From: Cystobasidiomycetes sp. EMM_F5
Lineage: Eukaryota
Direction: 5' to 3'
NCBI GenBank assembly: GCA_051047955.1
Contig: JBPGPT010000003.1
Span: forward strand, 806,001 to 839,066
Length of the DNA: 33,066 nucleotides
Shown: in pieces, positions 1 through 11,544 of the stretch
Numbering within the stretch: position 1 is the stretch's first letter
How the letters are laid out: each line of letters starts with the position of its first letter
Translations under genes and position numbers: made by a program
The notes under the pieces: generated by a model
What the model saw: only the letters and a program-made list of their open reading frames with translations
Told to the model about the DNA's origin: nothing
Database searches by the model: none

Positions 1-1732
1 ACGCCAATTGCGAGTAAATACCGCACTTGGCATACACTACACGCAGCCGGGCGGTTTCACTGGTCACATCATGTTGATTATCATGGTCCTCATGTACGTC
101 AAGTGGTTATGTCTATATCTGCGAAGCCTCACTATCAGTTACAGGTATACGACGGCGCATAGCAAGATCCGGCACCAGAACTTTGAGCTGTTCTGGTATA
201 CTCATCATCTGGCGTGAGTCGGGCTTGATGGCCAATACTAGGTGGACCTTAGGAGACCTTCTATATACACAGATTCTTCTGGTTGCTGGGCCTGTACACG
301 CATGCATCCGGCTGTTTCGTCCGCGGCGCCCTTCCTGGACAGCCAGTACAGTGTATAGGGTACTTCACCAACCGCTTCACGATCGTCAGCGGAGTGTTAT
401 ACTTCCTCGAGCGACTATTGAGAGTGTACCGGGGGAGTCAGGACACCAGCATCGTTGGAGTATTGATGCATCCCAGCGGAGCGATGGAGATCCGCTTCAA
501 AAAGCCGAGCATGAAGTACAAGTCCGGACAATGGCTGTTCATCAACGTGCCAGAAGTCTCTAAATTTGAATGGTGAATATAGATATTCTTTTGAGGGGGG
601 ACCATTCACATTGGACATCATCGCAGGCACCCTTTTACGATTTCTAGCGCCCCTGCGGATCCGTTCATTTCGATACACGTTCGCCAAGCAGGAGACTTTA
701 CTAAAGCCCTCGGTGAACGACTGGGCTGCACGGCAAATCTTGCATCCCAACTGACCCTGCAGGCCAAACAAGGTGTCGAGAAGAAGGACACTCGCGCTAC
801 CTACGGTCAAGGACAATTCTCAGATGTCACAGCCCGGAACGGATCCCTGCCTAGTCTCAAAGTGGATGGGCCGTTTGGTGCGCCCGCCGAGGACGTCTTC
901 AAGTGCGAGATTGCTGTGCTTATTGGCACCGGTATCGGTGTTACGCCTTGGGCATCGGTTTTGAAAGACATTGGGTTAGTGTTCAGCCACATGACGGCAA
1001 CGTTTCGAAGCTGATGGTCAATGCTGTGTAAGCTATCGAGCTCGTCAAGGCAAGCTTGGAGGTTTGCGTAGAGTGGAATTCATCTGGAGTACGCTTTTGA
1101 CCTCGATCTGGGCTATACCACACTAAGTTCCCGAATCCAGTCAACCGAGATAGCGGAGCTTTCGAATGGTTCGCATCGCTACTGTAAGATCCATGCGCGA
1201 GTATCAAGGCTTGCGATATTGATTTAATCATTGCAGCAAAGATCTTGAAGAGTCATTTCCTGGCGACATGCTGCGAATTAATACATACATCACGTCAAAG
1301 ATGGACGAGGATACAATGTACAACATTGCCATCAACGACGTAGGCGCTCAATATGATCCTTTGACGAATCTCCGTTCGCGTACACATTTTGGTCGACCTG
1401 ACTGGGATCATATCTTCGGTTCCATGAGAAACAGCATCGAATTGGGCGCATACCTTCCCGGAATCGAGTCGACCCTCAAGACGACAGTATCAGTATTCTA
1501 CTGTGGACCGGCCGCACTGGCAAAAGACCTCAAGGCTAAGACTCAGCAAGCAAAGTCTTCGACGGTCGACTTCAAATTTTTGTAAGTTCACCTTCGCCAG
1601 ATATTCAGCGGAGAGCGAGACCTGACCTTATAAATCTTTTCGATGTTTCAGCAAGGAGCATTGTAAGTCTGGCCATTTCGCACTTCAGCCTCTCGTACCC
1701 AGTGCCGACCTGGCTTTGTCTTCACAGTTTAG
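1..1732 (+). CDS. noxA: NADPH oxidase, NoxA/Nox1 (gp91phox-like); 5'-truncated, multi-exon
   Basis: Spliced translation gives IHYTQPGGFTGHIML, FWYTHHL, LYTHASGCFVR, KYKSGQWLF, FEWHPFTISSAP, VDGPFGAP, LIGTGIGVTPWAS, RRVEFIW, THFGRPDW and VFYCGP. The C-terminus FFKEHF* is completed by micro-exons 1652-1662 and 1728-1732. Confidence 0.95.
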
Positions 1733-1947
1733 CGTAAGTTTAGCCGGCCTGTTAGACAGCCCCGATGCGTATTCGGACACGAAAAGCGTCCTCGCTCCTC
1801 GATCTCCGAAATATCATCAGTCGTTGTTGTGACAGTCTTGCTTGCCCCCGCTCTAAGCCCATGTAATCTGCCAACCGGCGAGCCCGGCACAATTCGCCTT
1901 TGCTACACACTTTGTCCGCCAGCGAGACGGCAATTGCGCACTCCAGA

Positions 1948-3302
1948 ATGCTGTCGTCTCGCTTGCAGCATCCACACCTCTGGGCGGACAAGGAGAATGG
2001 CACGGCCGGCGTCTCGACGAGGAAACCGGGCAGCGCCTACCTATCAAGCGCTGCTACGGCTGCAAAGACCCCAGCTGCCATATCGTCCAAGGTCTATCGA
2101 GAGGGCAGCAAGACGGCATCACGGCCTTCCCAGTCCAAGGCTGGACCAACTGGACTGTCACGCACTGTTGCAATGGAGCCTGGAGCTCGTGTCCTTGGTG
2201 CCAAAGACCTGAACAACAAGCAGCGTAATGCTCAGACTGCAAAGAAGTCAGACGCGACGAGCAAAGCTAGCCTTGACCCTGATTGCAAGGCTATCGGTAA
2301 GTGATGCGCGCCTGGTTGCTGATGATCGATTGTTGACTGAAGTCACCTGTAGGACCCAAAGTACTGTTCAAGTCGTGCTCCACGGCCATTCAATCTGTCC
2401 AGCGCTCGACATCGCTCGCAAACCAAAACGCGCTCGGCCGCTCGAAGGCTCTTGATGCAAAAACTCCAGGCAAAGCCAGCGGATCGGCTTACAGGACGCC
2501 GGCGAAAGCTACGAGGACGAACGTCTTGAAAACCCCAGCAGCACCTTCGCAGATGCCTTTCAGCATGTACAAAACTCCTTCTCCCAATTTATTGAATCGG
2601 CGCAAGCCAGGACAATTCAGTCCGCCAATTGATTTTGGCAGTATCCTAGCCAAGACAGTTGTTCAGGAGCCGACTTTACTGGAGCTCTTGGAGGCACGAT
2701 TGGAGCAGATTGACGAAAGCCAAGAGGTTGAGTATGCCGGTGCAAGCGCTCGAGATTACGGTAGGACTGTACCGATAGACGGAGGACATAGCAGTGCCTG
2801 ACGTGTGCTCATTGCAGATCCGCCCTATCAGCCAGACTTCGACATGCCCAATTATGACGAAATTAAGCTATCGGACGCTTGCTTCTACAACATGACAGCC
2901 GCCTTTGCGGCTCCCTTCTTAGACGACTATGACGAGCCTGCCTTTTCCCCCTTGGAGTACAATGAAGCCGAGCTGGCTCGACCTCTGCTTGAACCGATAC
3001 AGGAGCCGCTGTTCCCCGACTTGCATCGGGCAGCTGCGTCTGCTGCAATGACATCCGGCTCGAGCTTTCGGAAATCCACAAAAACCCCTTCCACCATTTC
3101 TGCCACGCCGCTATCAAGACTATCTGCCTTGAGCACTCGCACCTCTGGCCAGCCAGTTCAGCGAAGGCGTCCACCGGTTGCAGCACCCACCCGGCAAGGA
3201 GCGTTGTTGACTGCACCCGCTCCGAAAGCAGGGAGTGCATCGCTTGAAATTGTTCCTCATGTCGATGAATTTCGCTTGCCACGCCTCACATTATCTTTGT
3301 AG
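1948..3302 (+). CDS. Disordered 413-aa protein, candidate securin (separase inhibitor); exons 1948-2296, 2353-2760, 2818-3302
   Basis: Two GT-AG introns join three ORF segments in frame. Basic N-half with a KEN box (1990-1998) and several TP sites, followed by an acidic segment containing EVEYA...PPYQPDF. Confidence 0.6.
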
Positions 3303-3511
3303 CCCTATTCAGAGAGTGCATTCTCTCATATCATATGTTGTTGACAACGCGCCTGGAATGACGGAATATCATGAAATTGGGCGATGCTATAGCCAAACGA
3401 CCTTACATTTACATGCTCTTCCGCTAGACACTTTGCGTCAAGTATGAACGAAGCAACAGTTGCGGTCGAGAAAAACGAATATGATACACCCAGCTAAGAC
3501 CATATATACGC

Positions 3512-6089
3512 TCATTGTCGCTCTAGTGTCCGTAAAAGCTGTAGCGAAAAGCTGGTTAGATTCTTAAGGGGCATACAGAATCCTGAGGCTTACTTCGTCG
3601 CGACCTTCTGCCACTTTGCGTCTCCAAGTTTCCAAGATTTGACGGGATTGTATAGTGAAAATCTCTATCTCCTTGCGAGTGAGCTCCTCTACCCATTCCT
3701 GCACCGTCATGCTAGCCTCGGCTTCAGAAAGCAGCAGAGAGGGTACGTGTGTCACTTGCGCAAAATCTGGTTCTTTAGTGGGGGCCGCAGGTTTGTCGGA
3801 TGTTTCCGGTATCTCTACGGCAGACATAGTCTTTTCAGGAGAGAACTCGGGCATCGCTTGGGCAAGCAGAGAATCCAGCGCAGATTGCGACCGCGTTGGT
3901 TCGAGTTGCCCGTATCGCATGCCATCCACCGCTTTTGGGGGCATCGCTATGCCCTGAGTCTGAGCGGATTGAGGCGAGACCGAAGAACGCGGCATCTTCC
4001 GAATCACGCGTCCGTCTTGCGCGAGCGGTGTACTCGTAGATAGATTACCTGCGCTCTCGGTGGTAACACGGCTTTCGGGGGCGGTAAATTGCGGTCGATG
4101 ATGATGAGCAGGGCAATCCAGCTGCTTGGCAGGTAGCGCTTCCGAGGTACGATGTGTTTTCGAGGCGTCTTGCTCTACCTCTAGCGCCGCAGATGTTGTA
4201 GGGGCCAGCGATGCGCGGCTCGGCCTGCCGCGGAGTACTGGAGAAGGTGCCTTGTCGAGGGGAGTCTCAACAGTGCTATGATTCGATGACTGCACAAGAG
4301 GGATCGGTCTCTGTTGGTCCAGGAGTGGTAGAGTTGGTCCGGGAAATTTGAACAACGCTGTCGCATCCAATTTCGCAGCTTTAGGGGTATTTCGATCTTC
4401 GAAGGCATCTCCTGCCTCTCTTTCTGACTCCTGCTCCCCTACAGACCCGTGTGCGCTCGTCTGTGAGGCATCGTCCTGTAAGTCGGTATGGACGGAGCGG
4501 TCAGTAGTGTCAAGACTTGACGATGCTATGGAGGCGGTCGAAGCTTTCGGTCTTTTGGTTGAAGTTGACTTCTTTGATCTGCTTTTGCTGGGTTTACTCG
4601 CCGCTGCTATAGGCTTGACGACCTGGGATGTTGCTTTGCTCTGCCTGCTACCGGCGCGGGTAGGTTTGGAAATTGTTGTCCTCGCATCTTGTTCTTGATC
4701 TTCGTTATCGTCGGGAATTACTGTCACGGATGCTATTGTGTCCAGTAGTGGCTGCACAGACTCTGCTCGTGTCCTGACTGATCGCGTAGATGCCCTCACT
4801 TTAGCTTTTGGAGCTTTGGATGTCCGTCCCCTGGCGGTCTTAGGTGGCGGGGACTCGACTGCCTGTACGCTTTCCGCATCATCTTGTCCGCCATCCTCCG
4901 CAGCCGTATTGGCCTCGCTGGCGAGAACCGACTCCGAATCGCTGGGTGGTGCGACTGTCGTCCTGGCTCTACTAGCTCTTGCCTTGACACTCTGACTCTT
5001 GCTGCCCTTGGTCACTTTCGGTTTAGCAGAGGTTGTTGCTCGTAGAGGTTCTTGATTCTCGTCGACGTCGGAAGTAAGTGACAGCTCGACAACCTGCTGT
5101 GCAGCACCTCTGTTACGGATTCCAAGTCAGTAGGTATTCGCGATTGCATTCAACATGTCGTACCTCTTGCCCTTCTTGCCATCTACGGTCGAGGCTCGGG
5201 CAGCTGTGGAGTTTGCACGAGCTGTATTGCCGTCTTTCGCGGGCCTTGTCGATGCCTGTAACTACCATACAGGGAAATTCAGCCCGCATTCCGCTATCCC
5301 GCAGTGGTGTACAATTACGATATTCTTGCTCGTACTTGGTCTGAGTTGATCGTGGGTGAAGAAGTAGCAATCCGGACGACGAGACTGGTGCTCTTCGCTG
5401 TGTAGTCGCGTATATCAGTAGAGGGCGTGATTTGGGGACGCGGTAGCGTGGAATTTTGCAACATACACTGGATCATCATTCTTGCTCCATCCGTCTAGCT
5501 GAATATCGCAGTATATGCATGCGCATGTATCTGTTGCGCCATCTGGTAAGGGAGTATTGTAGAAACCAGCGGCTGCCAGCTGCACAACTCCGGATTGTTA
5601 ATCGGAGCATGCATCAAGTCAAGCAAGTCATACTCAACGCACCCTCCCGCTCGTAGGCTTCCAATTCTTCTTGCCATCAAATGTCCACCACTTCCCAAAT
5701 GTATTTCGACGAGCATTCTCGAGCCTGGACGTTGTCGGCTCTTCTAAGGTGGCCAGACTCGTGCCCCTACTTCTCGCCGCCTCATAGTCGCGTTTTGCGC
5801 CCATGACTGTAGCCCACGGACACTGTTCGCCCGTGAACGAGTCGTGCCGCTTGAGATGCTCATCGAGTGCATCGTCTCCCTCCTCCCACCCTTCCAGGCC
5901 GCGACTGCAGTAGACGCAAGTCACATTGTCGTCGCCGGACGGAGTGGGATCGTAGCGAAACCCTGCTGCGGCAAGGGTAGCTGGGGTGACGCTAAAGTCT
6001 AGCCCGTGCGGCCAGGACGAGGGTACTGGATGGTGACGCCGTCGTGGTTGCGCCGCAAACGTCGCGAGACGCCCTTCGTACGTTTCCAT
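3512..6089 (-). CDS. BIR1: Bir1/survivin-like chromosomal passenger protein with two BIR zinc-binding domains
   Basis: BIR1: RLATF..WPH..LAAAGF..CVYC-x16-H-x11-C. BIR2 (spliced): LAAAGFY..CIYC-x16-H-x6-C. These are followed by a long S/T/K-rich linker and the C-terminal helix MTVQEWVEE. The last intron (GTAAGC..CTAAC..TACAG) leads to LLRTLERQ* ending at 3512. Confidence 0.92.
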
Positions 6090-6808
6090 GAGTGCAGCTT
6101 GGTCGACGCAAACACAGGGATAGCCAGACGGACAGAAGTCTGCTATTGCATGATGAGAAGGTGCAGACTTGTAAACAGCATCCTCAGCTCGGTCGCTGTG
6201 CAGCCATGTTGGGAGCTCTGTACGATCATCTCTATCCGGATCCCGATCAAGTACGCGACTTTGTTTACTACCTTCGCGCCGACTCTTGCGGCAGCACAAC
6301 GCAATACTGAGCCTGCTGTGAGCACTGTTACGGAACTTACGGCGGTTGTAGACTATGCCGCACGTTATTTGCGCTCTGGATACACTCAACGTCAAAGGCA
6401 GCCCCGACAAAGGACGGTCCACTAACGGACAACTCGCTGCAGTCAGGACCGAGGCTACTGTTCTTGACATAATCTGCTGATGATGTAGCAGCACTCATCC
6501 GCAAACCTCTCACGGTACAAACGCTGTCCACCCAGACTAACCTGCTGGGAAATGAACGCCTTCGAGGCGCCGAGGTCAAAGCAAACGGCGTCTTAAGGCT
6601 CGCCATGCGGCCCTTGTACACCGACGTGCGATACGTGATACGGCTCCTATGCTCAGCTCTGTAGAGCTGCTCAGTAGCCAGCCCCCTCTCGCGTACGCGT
6701 GCTGCACTGGCTTAGCTCTGTGCGCCGCTTGCCTCTTTGGGAGGGGGCAGGCGTAAAGAGGGAGGCGGGTCGAAAAGAAGAATAGTCTATCGGCAACGCC
6801 AGCTTGCG

Positions 6809-6880
6809 TATAAAGAGAGACTCCTGAAGCTCACGGTCCCTCTCTTCTCTCTCTTCTTCAAACTCTCCTTCCCACACTTA
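6809..6880 (+). promoter_or_regulatory. Putative core promoter of the secreted-protein gene (TATAAA plus CT-rich tract)
   Basis: TATAAA at 6809-6814, followed by a pyrimidine-rich stretch (about 6837-6880) upstream of ATG 6934. Confidence 0.45.
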
Positions 6881-6933
6881 ACAATTCCTCTACCACCACA
6901 ATCACTGAAAACACACCTAACCTACGAATCGAC

Positions 6934-7793
6934 ATGTTTGCAATCACCGCAGCTGCAGCCATCCTTGCTGGATCTGCAATCATGGCAGCACCACTACCTG
7001 CGCCAGCACCCGAGCCAGTCGTCGGTCATCAGAGCGTACCCAAGAAACCAAACGAAAAGCGATCCATTGATATCGATTTCACCGCTTCATCTTACAATCC
7101 TTTTCAAGCGGAAGCTGGACCCTCAACCGCAGTTACAGTGTCCTTTCGCCCAATTGTATCCGAAACTATGCGAACAATGTCGCATGATGAATTCAAGTCT
7201 GCAACAGTGAGCTAGGTGTACGTATTCTCATGGGAATTACCATTCTAAAACAGTCATTCTCTCAGATTGCAAACAATGCAGCCTACCAGGCGCAACTTCG
7301 GGCTATCCGTCAGCATCGCGCAGATAGCTTGATTGAAGAGGCGCAGCGCTTCAATGGAGATCTGAGCGGCTTCCAGCGAATTGCAGACATGCGACTCGAG
7401 CACGCAAATGTAAGCGACTTCCCACCATTCATGCCCCAGCCGGAGTATTGATCTGTCTCGCCTGTATAGCACGGTTTTACTGCTGCCTGCACAACCAAAG
7501 TTTTCGCAGATCTCGAAGATATCAACGCGTACCATCGCAACCAAATAAATGCAGCCAATACTGATTTCCACCAAGCCATGTCGAGTGCAGACTCGCACAG
7601 AACCGACCTCTTCGAACTTCGTCAAGCTCGCCATCAAGCAAATCAACTGCAAATCTATTCCTCGTCCGATATCCTCATTGCTGCGGAAGAAGAGTGCGCC
7701 GGGGACTTGTTTGACGCGTACAAGTGGACAAGCATGGATGTTGCTAGATTGGCCCACCGCATGGAAGGCGATGCGGATGATCTGCTCGATTAA
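6934..7793 (+). CDS. Secreted orphan protein, 246 aa; exons 6934-7206, 7266-7409, 7470-7793
   Basis: Hydrophobic signal peptide MFAITAAAAILAGSAIMA-APLPAPAPEP and a Kex2-like EKR site. Two canonical introns keep the frame through to TAA 7793. Confidence 0.85.
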
Positions 7794-8098
7794 ACGCGGT
7801 CGGAAGTGGATACTTTTGGTATATTAATAAGGGCTTTCGTTGGGATAGAGGGAATAGTGGAAGGTCCTGTCATGTAGCCATAGGTAGCCGTTGTGGAATC
7901 AGTAACAAAGCCGTCATACCATTACTCGCGATCGAAACTGTGGGCCGTCTCGAGTTGCATTTCCCTAGTCGAATGAAGAACATCTCGCCCTCCTGCTGTC
8001 TCACAATTGATCAAGTGCACGACATGCTGTAACATGTCTCTCGTTTGCTCTCCTCGTCAACATAGTGCTGCTCCGCCTTTGCCAGCAGAGTACTCGAG

Positions 8099-9754
8099 AT
8101 GGCCAGGATAAGGCTCACATCGGGTCTACGTACGCCAGCTTTAGCTCTCGTGATGCTGGTCTTATGCATCTACTACCTCCCTACCGCCTCGAGGATATAT
8201 CACAATAGCGCAGTCAAAGGACTACGACTTCGCAAGCCGACTTATCAAGGCAGACGAGATCCACCCGTTCTCGGCTGTCCTGCAGACGACTTTTCCAGTC
8301 CTGTCAAGCACCTTACCAGACTCGACACAAAGGAAAAAGCGTGCGTTCTTCTCCTCGCGCGGGAAGATGACCTTTCAAGCCTGGTCGACACGCTCGGGAA
8401 TTTCGAAGATACATTCAATGCCAAGTTTCGCTACCCATATGTCTTTTTGAAGGAGGACAACATGTACTCGGCTACCTTTCAACACAGGATACGTCAAGTA
8501 CTTCCTGCAAGTGCTGTTGCTGAGTTCGGCGTCATTCCGAAAGAACATTGGAGTATACCAGACTGGCTGAATCCGGAGGAGATTCGTAGGGGTTTTGCCG
8601 CAATGGGACAGCAAGGCATACAGTATGCCGACAGAGAGAGCTATCATCACATGTGTCGGTACTATAGCGGACTCTTTGCCCTGCACCCATTATTGCAGAA
8701 GTACAACTACTACTGGAGACTGGAACCAGGTGGTGAGAGTAGCCTTGACCTTCTAGCGAAAACAAGTATACTGAGAGCCTCTCTTCCGAATTCCAGTTCG
8801 CTTCTATTGTCAGCTCCAGTATGATCCGTTCAGATATATGGCTCAACACGACAAAGTCTATGGATGGGTTATTACGATTGTCGAAACGCCAAACACGATT
8901 CCTACCCTATTTGATAGCGTCTTGGACTGGAGAACGCAGACTGAGCACAACAACACCATGTCTGGCCAGTTTGGCGCCAAAGTCCCATTGGCACCATGGA
9001 ATTCGAAGGATGACTTGTGGGACTTCTTCCTCGAGAATAAGGACCGTCACTGGACAGGGAGACTTCTTCAGCAGGAGAAGTATAGTAAGTAGAGGAGTAT
9101 AGACACGATGGGCACATGCTGAAATTCCCTGGCCAGATCTATGCGTAGGTTTCCTACTTTAGGCTGCATGACACAAAACATTGGTCTGCTCTGCTGAATA
9201 CACATGCTTATTTTGCAGCACTTTTGGACCAACTTTGAGATTGGCGATTTGCGATTCTTTCGCAGTCTGGAATATCAGTCTCTTTTCGACTTTCTTGACC
9301 GTAAAGGCGGGTTTTACACCGAGCGGGTGCGAGAATCGTCGGCAAACTACGTTGTGTCATAGTCAGCTAACGTTAAAGATTCTGACTGTGTTCCAGTGGG
9401 GAGACGCTCCTATTCGCAGTCTGGCTCTTGGACTGCTCGCTGGGTTTGACCGTGTGCATTAGTGCGTGCAAGCACAGGCTCAACGAATGATCGGGGCTGA
9501 AGCAGAAGCTCGCCTTTGCAGCTTTGAAGACATTGCATACAAGCACGACTGGTTTATGCACAAGCCCACTGCGGCCAAAGTTGGCTGCAAATGCGTGGCT
9601 CCAAACTTTGATGACTCAGCTAGGGATATCGGTAAGCTCGTTCATCATACCCTCCTGGCCAGACGTCTGATGCGTAGTATGATTACGCCATCAACTAGAC
9701 AACGATGGATGGTACAGCTGCTTGCCACGATGGCGTGCGCTGGATGTAGCTTAG
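8099..9754 (+). CDS. Glycosyltransferase family 15 alpha-1,2-mannosyltransferase (KRE2/KTR-like), multi-exon
   Basis: N-terminal TM anchor. Motifs FNAKFRYPYVFL, ESYHHMCRYYSG, YYWRLEPGV, YDPFRYM, YNLCHFWTNFEIGDL and GGFYTERWGDAP; the NLC residues come from the 8-nt exon 9137-9144. Confidence 0.95.
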
Positions 9755-9859
9755 CGTGAGAAAAAGACGCGACTTGACGCACAGGGGGAGCAGGCAGTCA
9801 TCATTTGCATATTTTGCTGAAGCGCACAGCTAAAAAATTCTGCACTTGCGCGTTGCTTC

Positions 9860-9871
9860 ATATATATATAT
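9860..9871. repeat. (AT)6 microsatellite
   Basis: atatatatatat about 100 nt downstream of the GT15 stop; possibly a 3'-end formation element. Confidence 0.6.
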
Positions 9872-10107
9872 CATCTCGCGTTGAAGATCCGCGCATAGAA
9901 AGCCTAAAAAACATGAGTGACGCGTGTGACGGGTCAGGGGATCTGCGGCGCGTTTTGCCACCAGGATGACCTCATTCAGGGAAAAGAGGGGAGTAAAGGA
10001 CATAATAATTGCTGATTGGTGAGGAAAGGCTTGTCTCCCTACCATTCACAGCAAAACTTCATCCTTTACAATCTATTTATCCATCAAAACTTCTACACAC
10101 CACAAAC

Positions 10108-11077
10108 ATGGGTATCGTGAGCGCGCAATGACCGGAGAGCGGAGGCTCAACTTTTGCTTCGTGCTGACGAACGTGTCTCGTTAACGTCTATAGGTCGACA
10201 AGATCACTGGAGCTCTCGGCAGCCACGAGACCCGCAAAGAGTACAACTCTGGCCATCACAACACCACGTCTACAACTGGCCCAGAGGCTCTTGCTGACGG
10301 ACGCCCATCCGAGACTGTCGTCGATGACAGGATTGGCGGAACGCACACTCGCAACGTCAAGGATGCTGTGACACACGAGGCTGTCGACCGTCATGCTCAC
10401 CACGAAGTCACTCCTGTTGTGAACCGAACACGCGATGAGACCGAAATTCACCAAAGTATGTCCCACATTGTTTCTTGCCTTTACGGTAGTCTAAACACCA
10501 AGCTGATTGTAATGTTCTCACAGAGGTCCAGCCAGTTCTTGACGAGCAACACAGGCAGACCCGCCACGAGCACCAAGCACCTGCTGTTCACCGAGAGCGT
10601 GGCGAAGACATCTCCGACGAGGCAGCCACCAAGTACCGCTCGCAAGCCCACCACGAGCACTCTCGTCAAGTCGGCGAGCAGACCCACTCGACTTCTGTCA
10701 ATGCTCCAAAGGTTCACGAGCACGTCAACAAGCACATTGTTGAGGAGGTAAGAGGATTGGCAACCGCAATGCACACATATGCTGACGCATTTTCTTCCCC
10801 ATGCAGATCCAGCCCGTCATTGAGAGACGTACGCACGAGACTGAGCATCACCACACCATCCAGCCAATCTCTGAGCACCATACTCATGCTCCCCGCATTC
10901 ATGTATGTGGTTTGACTATTTATCTACATTAGCCTGAAGAATGTTACTAATTCGAAAACTATTCAGGACACAACTGTTAATGCTCCAATCCATCTCTCCG
11001 AGTTCACGGGTGGACAAGGACACGGCGGTCTGTCCTCGCACACCGCGAAGGACGTCATCACCGACAAGCGCACATAA
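10108..11077 (+). CDS. His/Thr/Glu-rich hydrophilic 'allergen-like' protein, 233 aa; exons 10108-10116, 10194-10455, 10524-10747, 10807-10902, 10967-11077
   Basis: Five exons splice in frame (702 nt). Internally repeated HHEVTPVVNR..HQKVQPVLDE and HIVEEIQPVIER..HHHTIQPISE units resemble fungal proteins commonly annotated as 'allergen'. Confidence 0.85.
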
Positions 11078-11544
11078 AAGACCAGTCATCTGGTCCCATT
11101 AGTGCAGTAAAGGCATAAAACAGCAACAAGGAGTTCGACGGCTCTCACAGAGTCCGGCATGTACCGTATACATTTCTGCAAACCCAGGAAACGTCGCCTC
11201 TGATACTTTTAGTTAGCATAGTAGCTGCACCCCCGCACATTTTTGGGCAGCGTTGTCTATTCATATGGTGCAAGCAATGATCTTATTACATCTGCGATTG
11301 TGTATGGCCCGTGCGTCACTAACAAGTGGTATTGTGTAGACGTTTGCTGTGCCGTGGCTGTCTTGCACAGTCTGTTCTCTGTAACGCGAAACCCCTCTCA
11401 ACACCCCTCTCAATTCGCCTTCGCAGGCAGTCTGCAGTCACAACATTATCTGCCTTGTCATAGAAGCGGTGGAAATCATGGGATATCGGAAGTCGTATTG
11501 CCGCGCTTAAATCTGCACTTACGTTGGAACAGAATATTTGTCTC

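Noticed and set aside
3898..3905. GGTTCGAG tRNA T-loop-like string
   Set aside because: Inside the Bir1 CDS, with no cloverleaf.
6150..6310. Possible box C/D snoRNA (ATGATGA at 6150, CTGA at 6307)
   Set aside because: Spacing is long, and I could identify no terminal stem or rRNA-complementary guide.
6318..6442. Possible intron in intergenic DNA (GTGAGC..ACTAAC..CTGCAG)
   Set aside because: Longer than the typical introns here and yields no coherent coding frame; would need RNA data.
6090..6494. N-terminal extension of the Bir1 ORF (ORF track 5634..6494)
   Set aside because: No recognisable content. METYEGRLATF at 6089 is the typical start of fungal Bir1 proteins.
11391..11413. Short direct repeat ACCCCTCTCAA x2
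   Set aside because: Only two copies in a convergent intergenic region; too short to indicate a mobile element or array.
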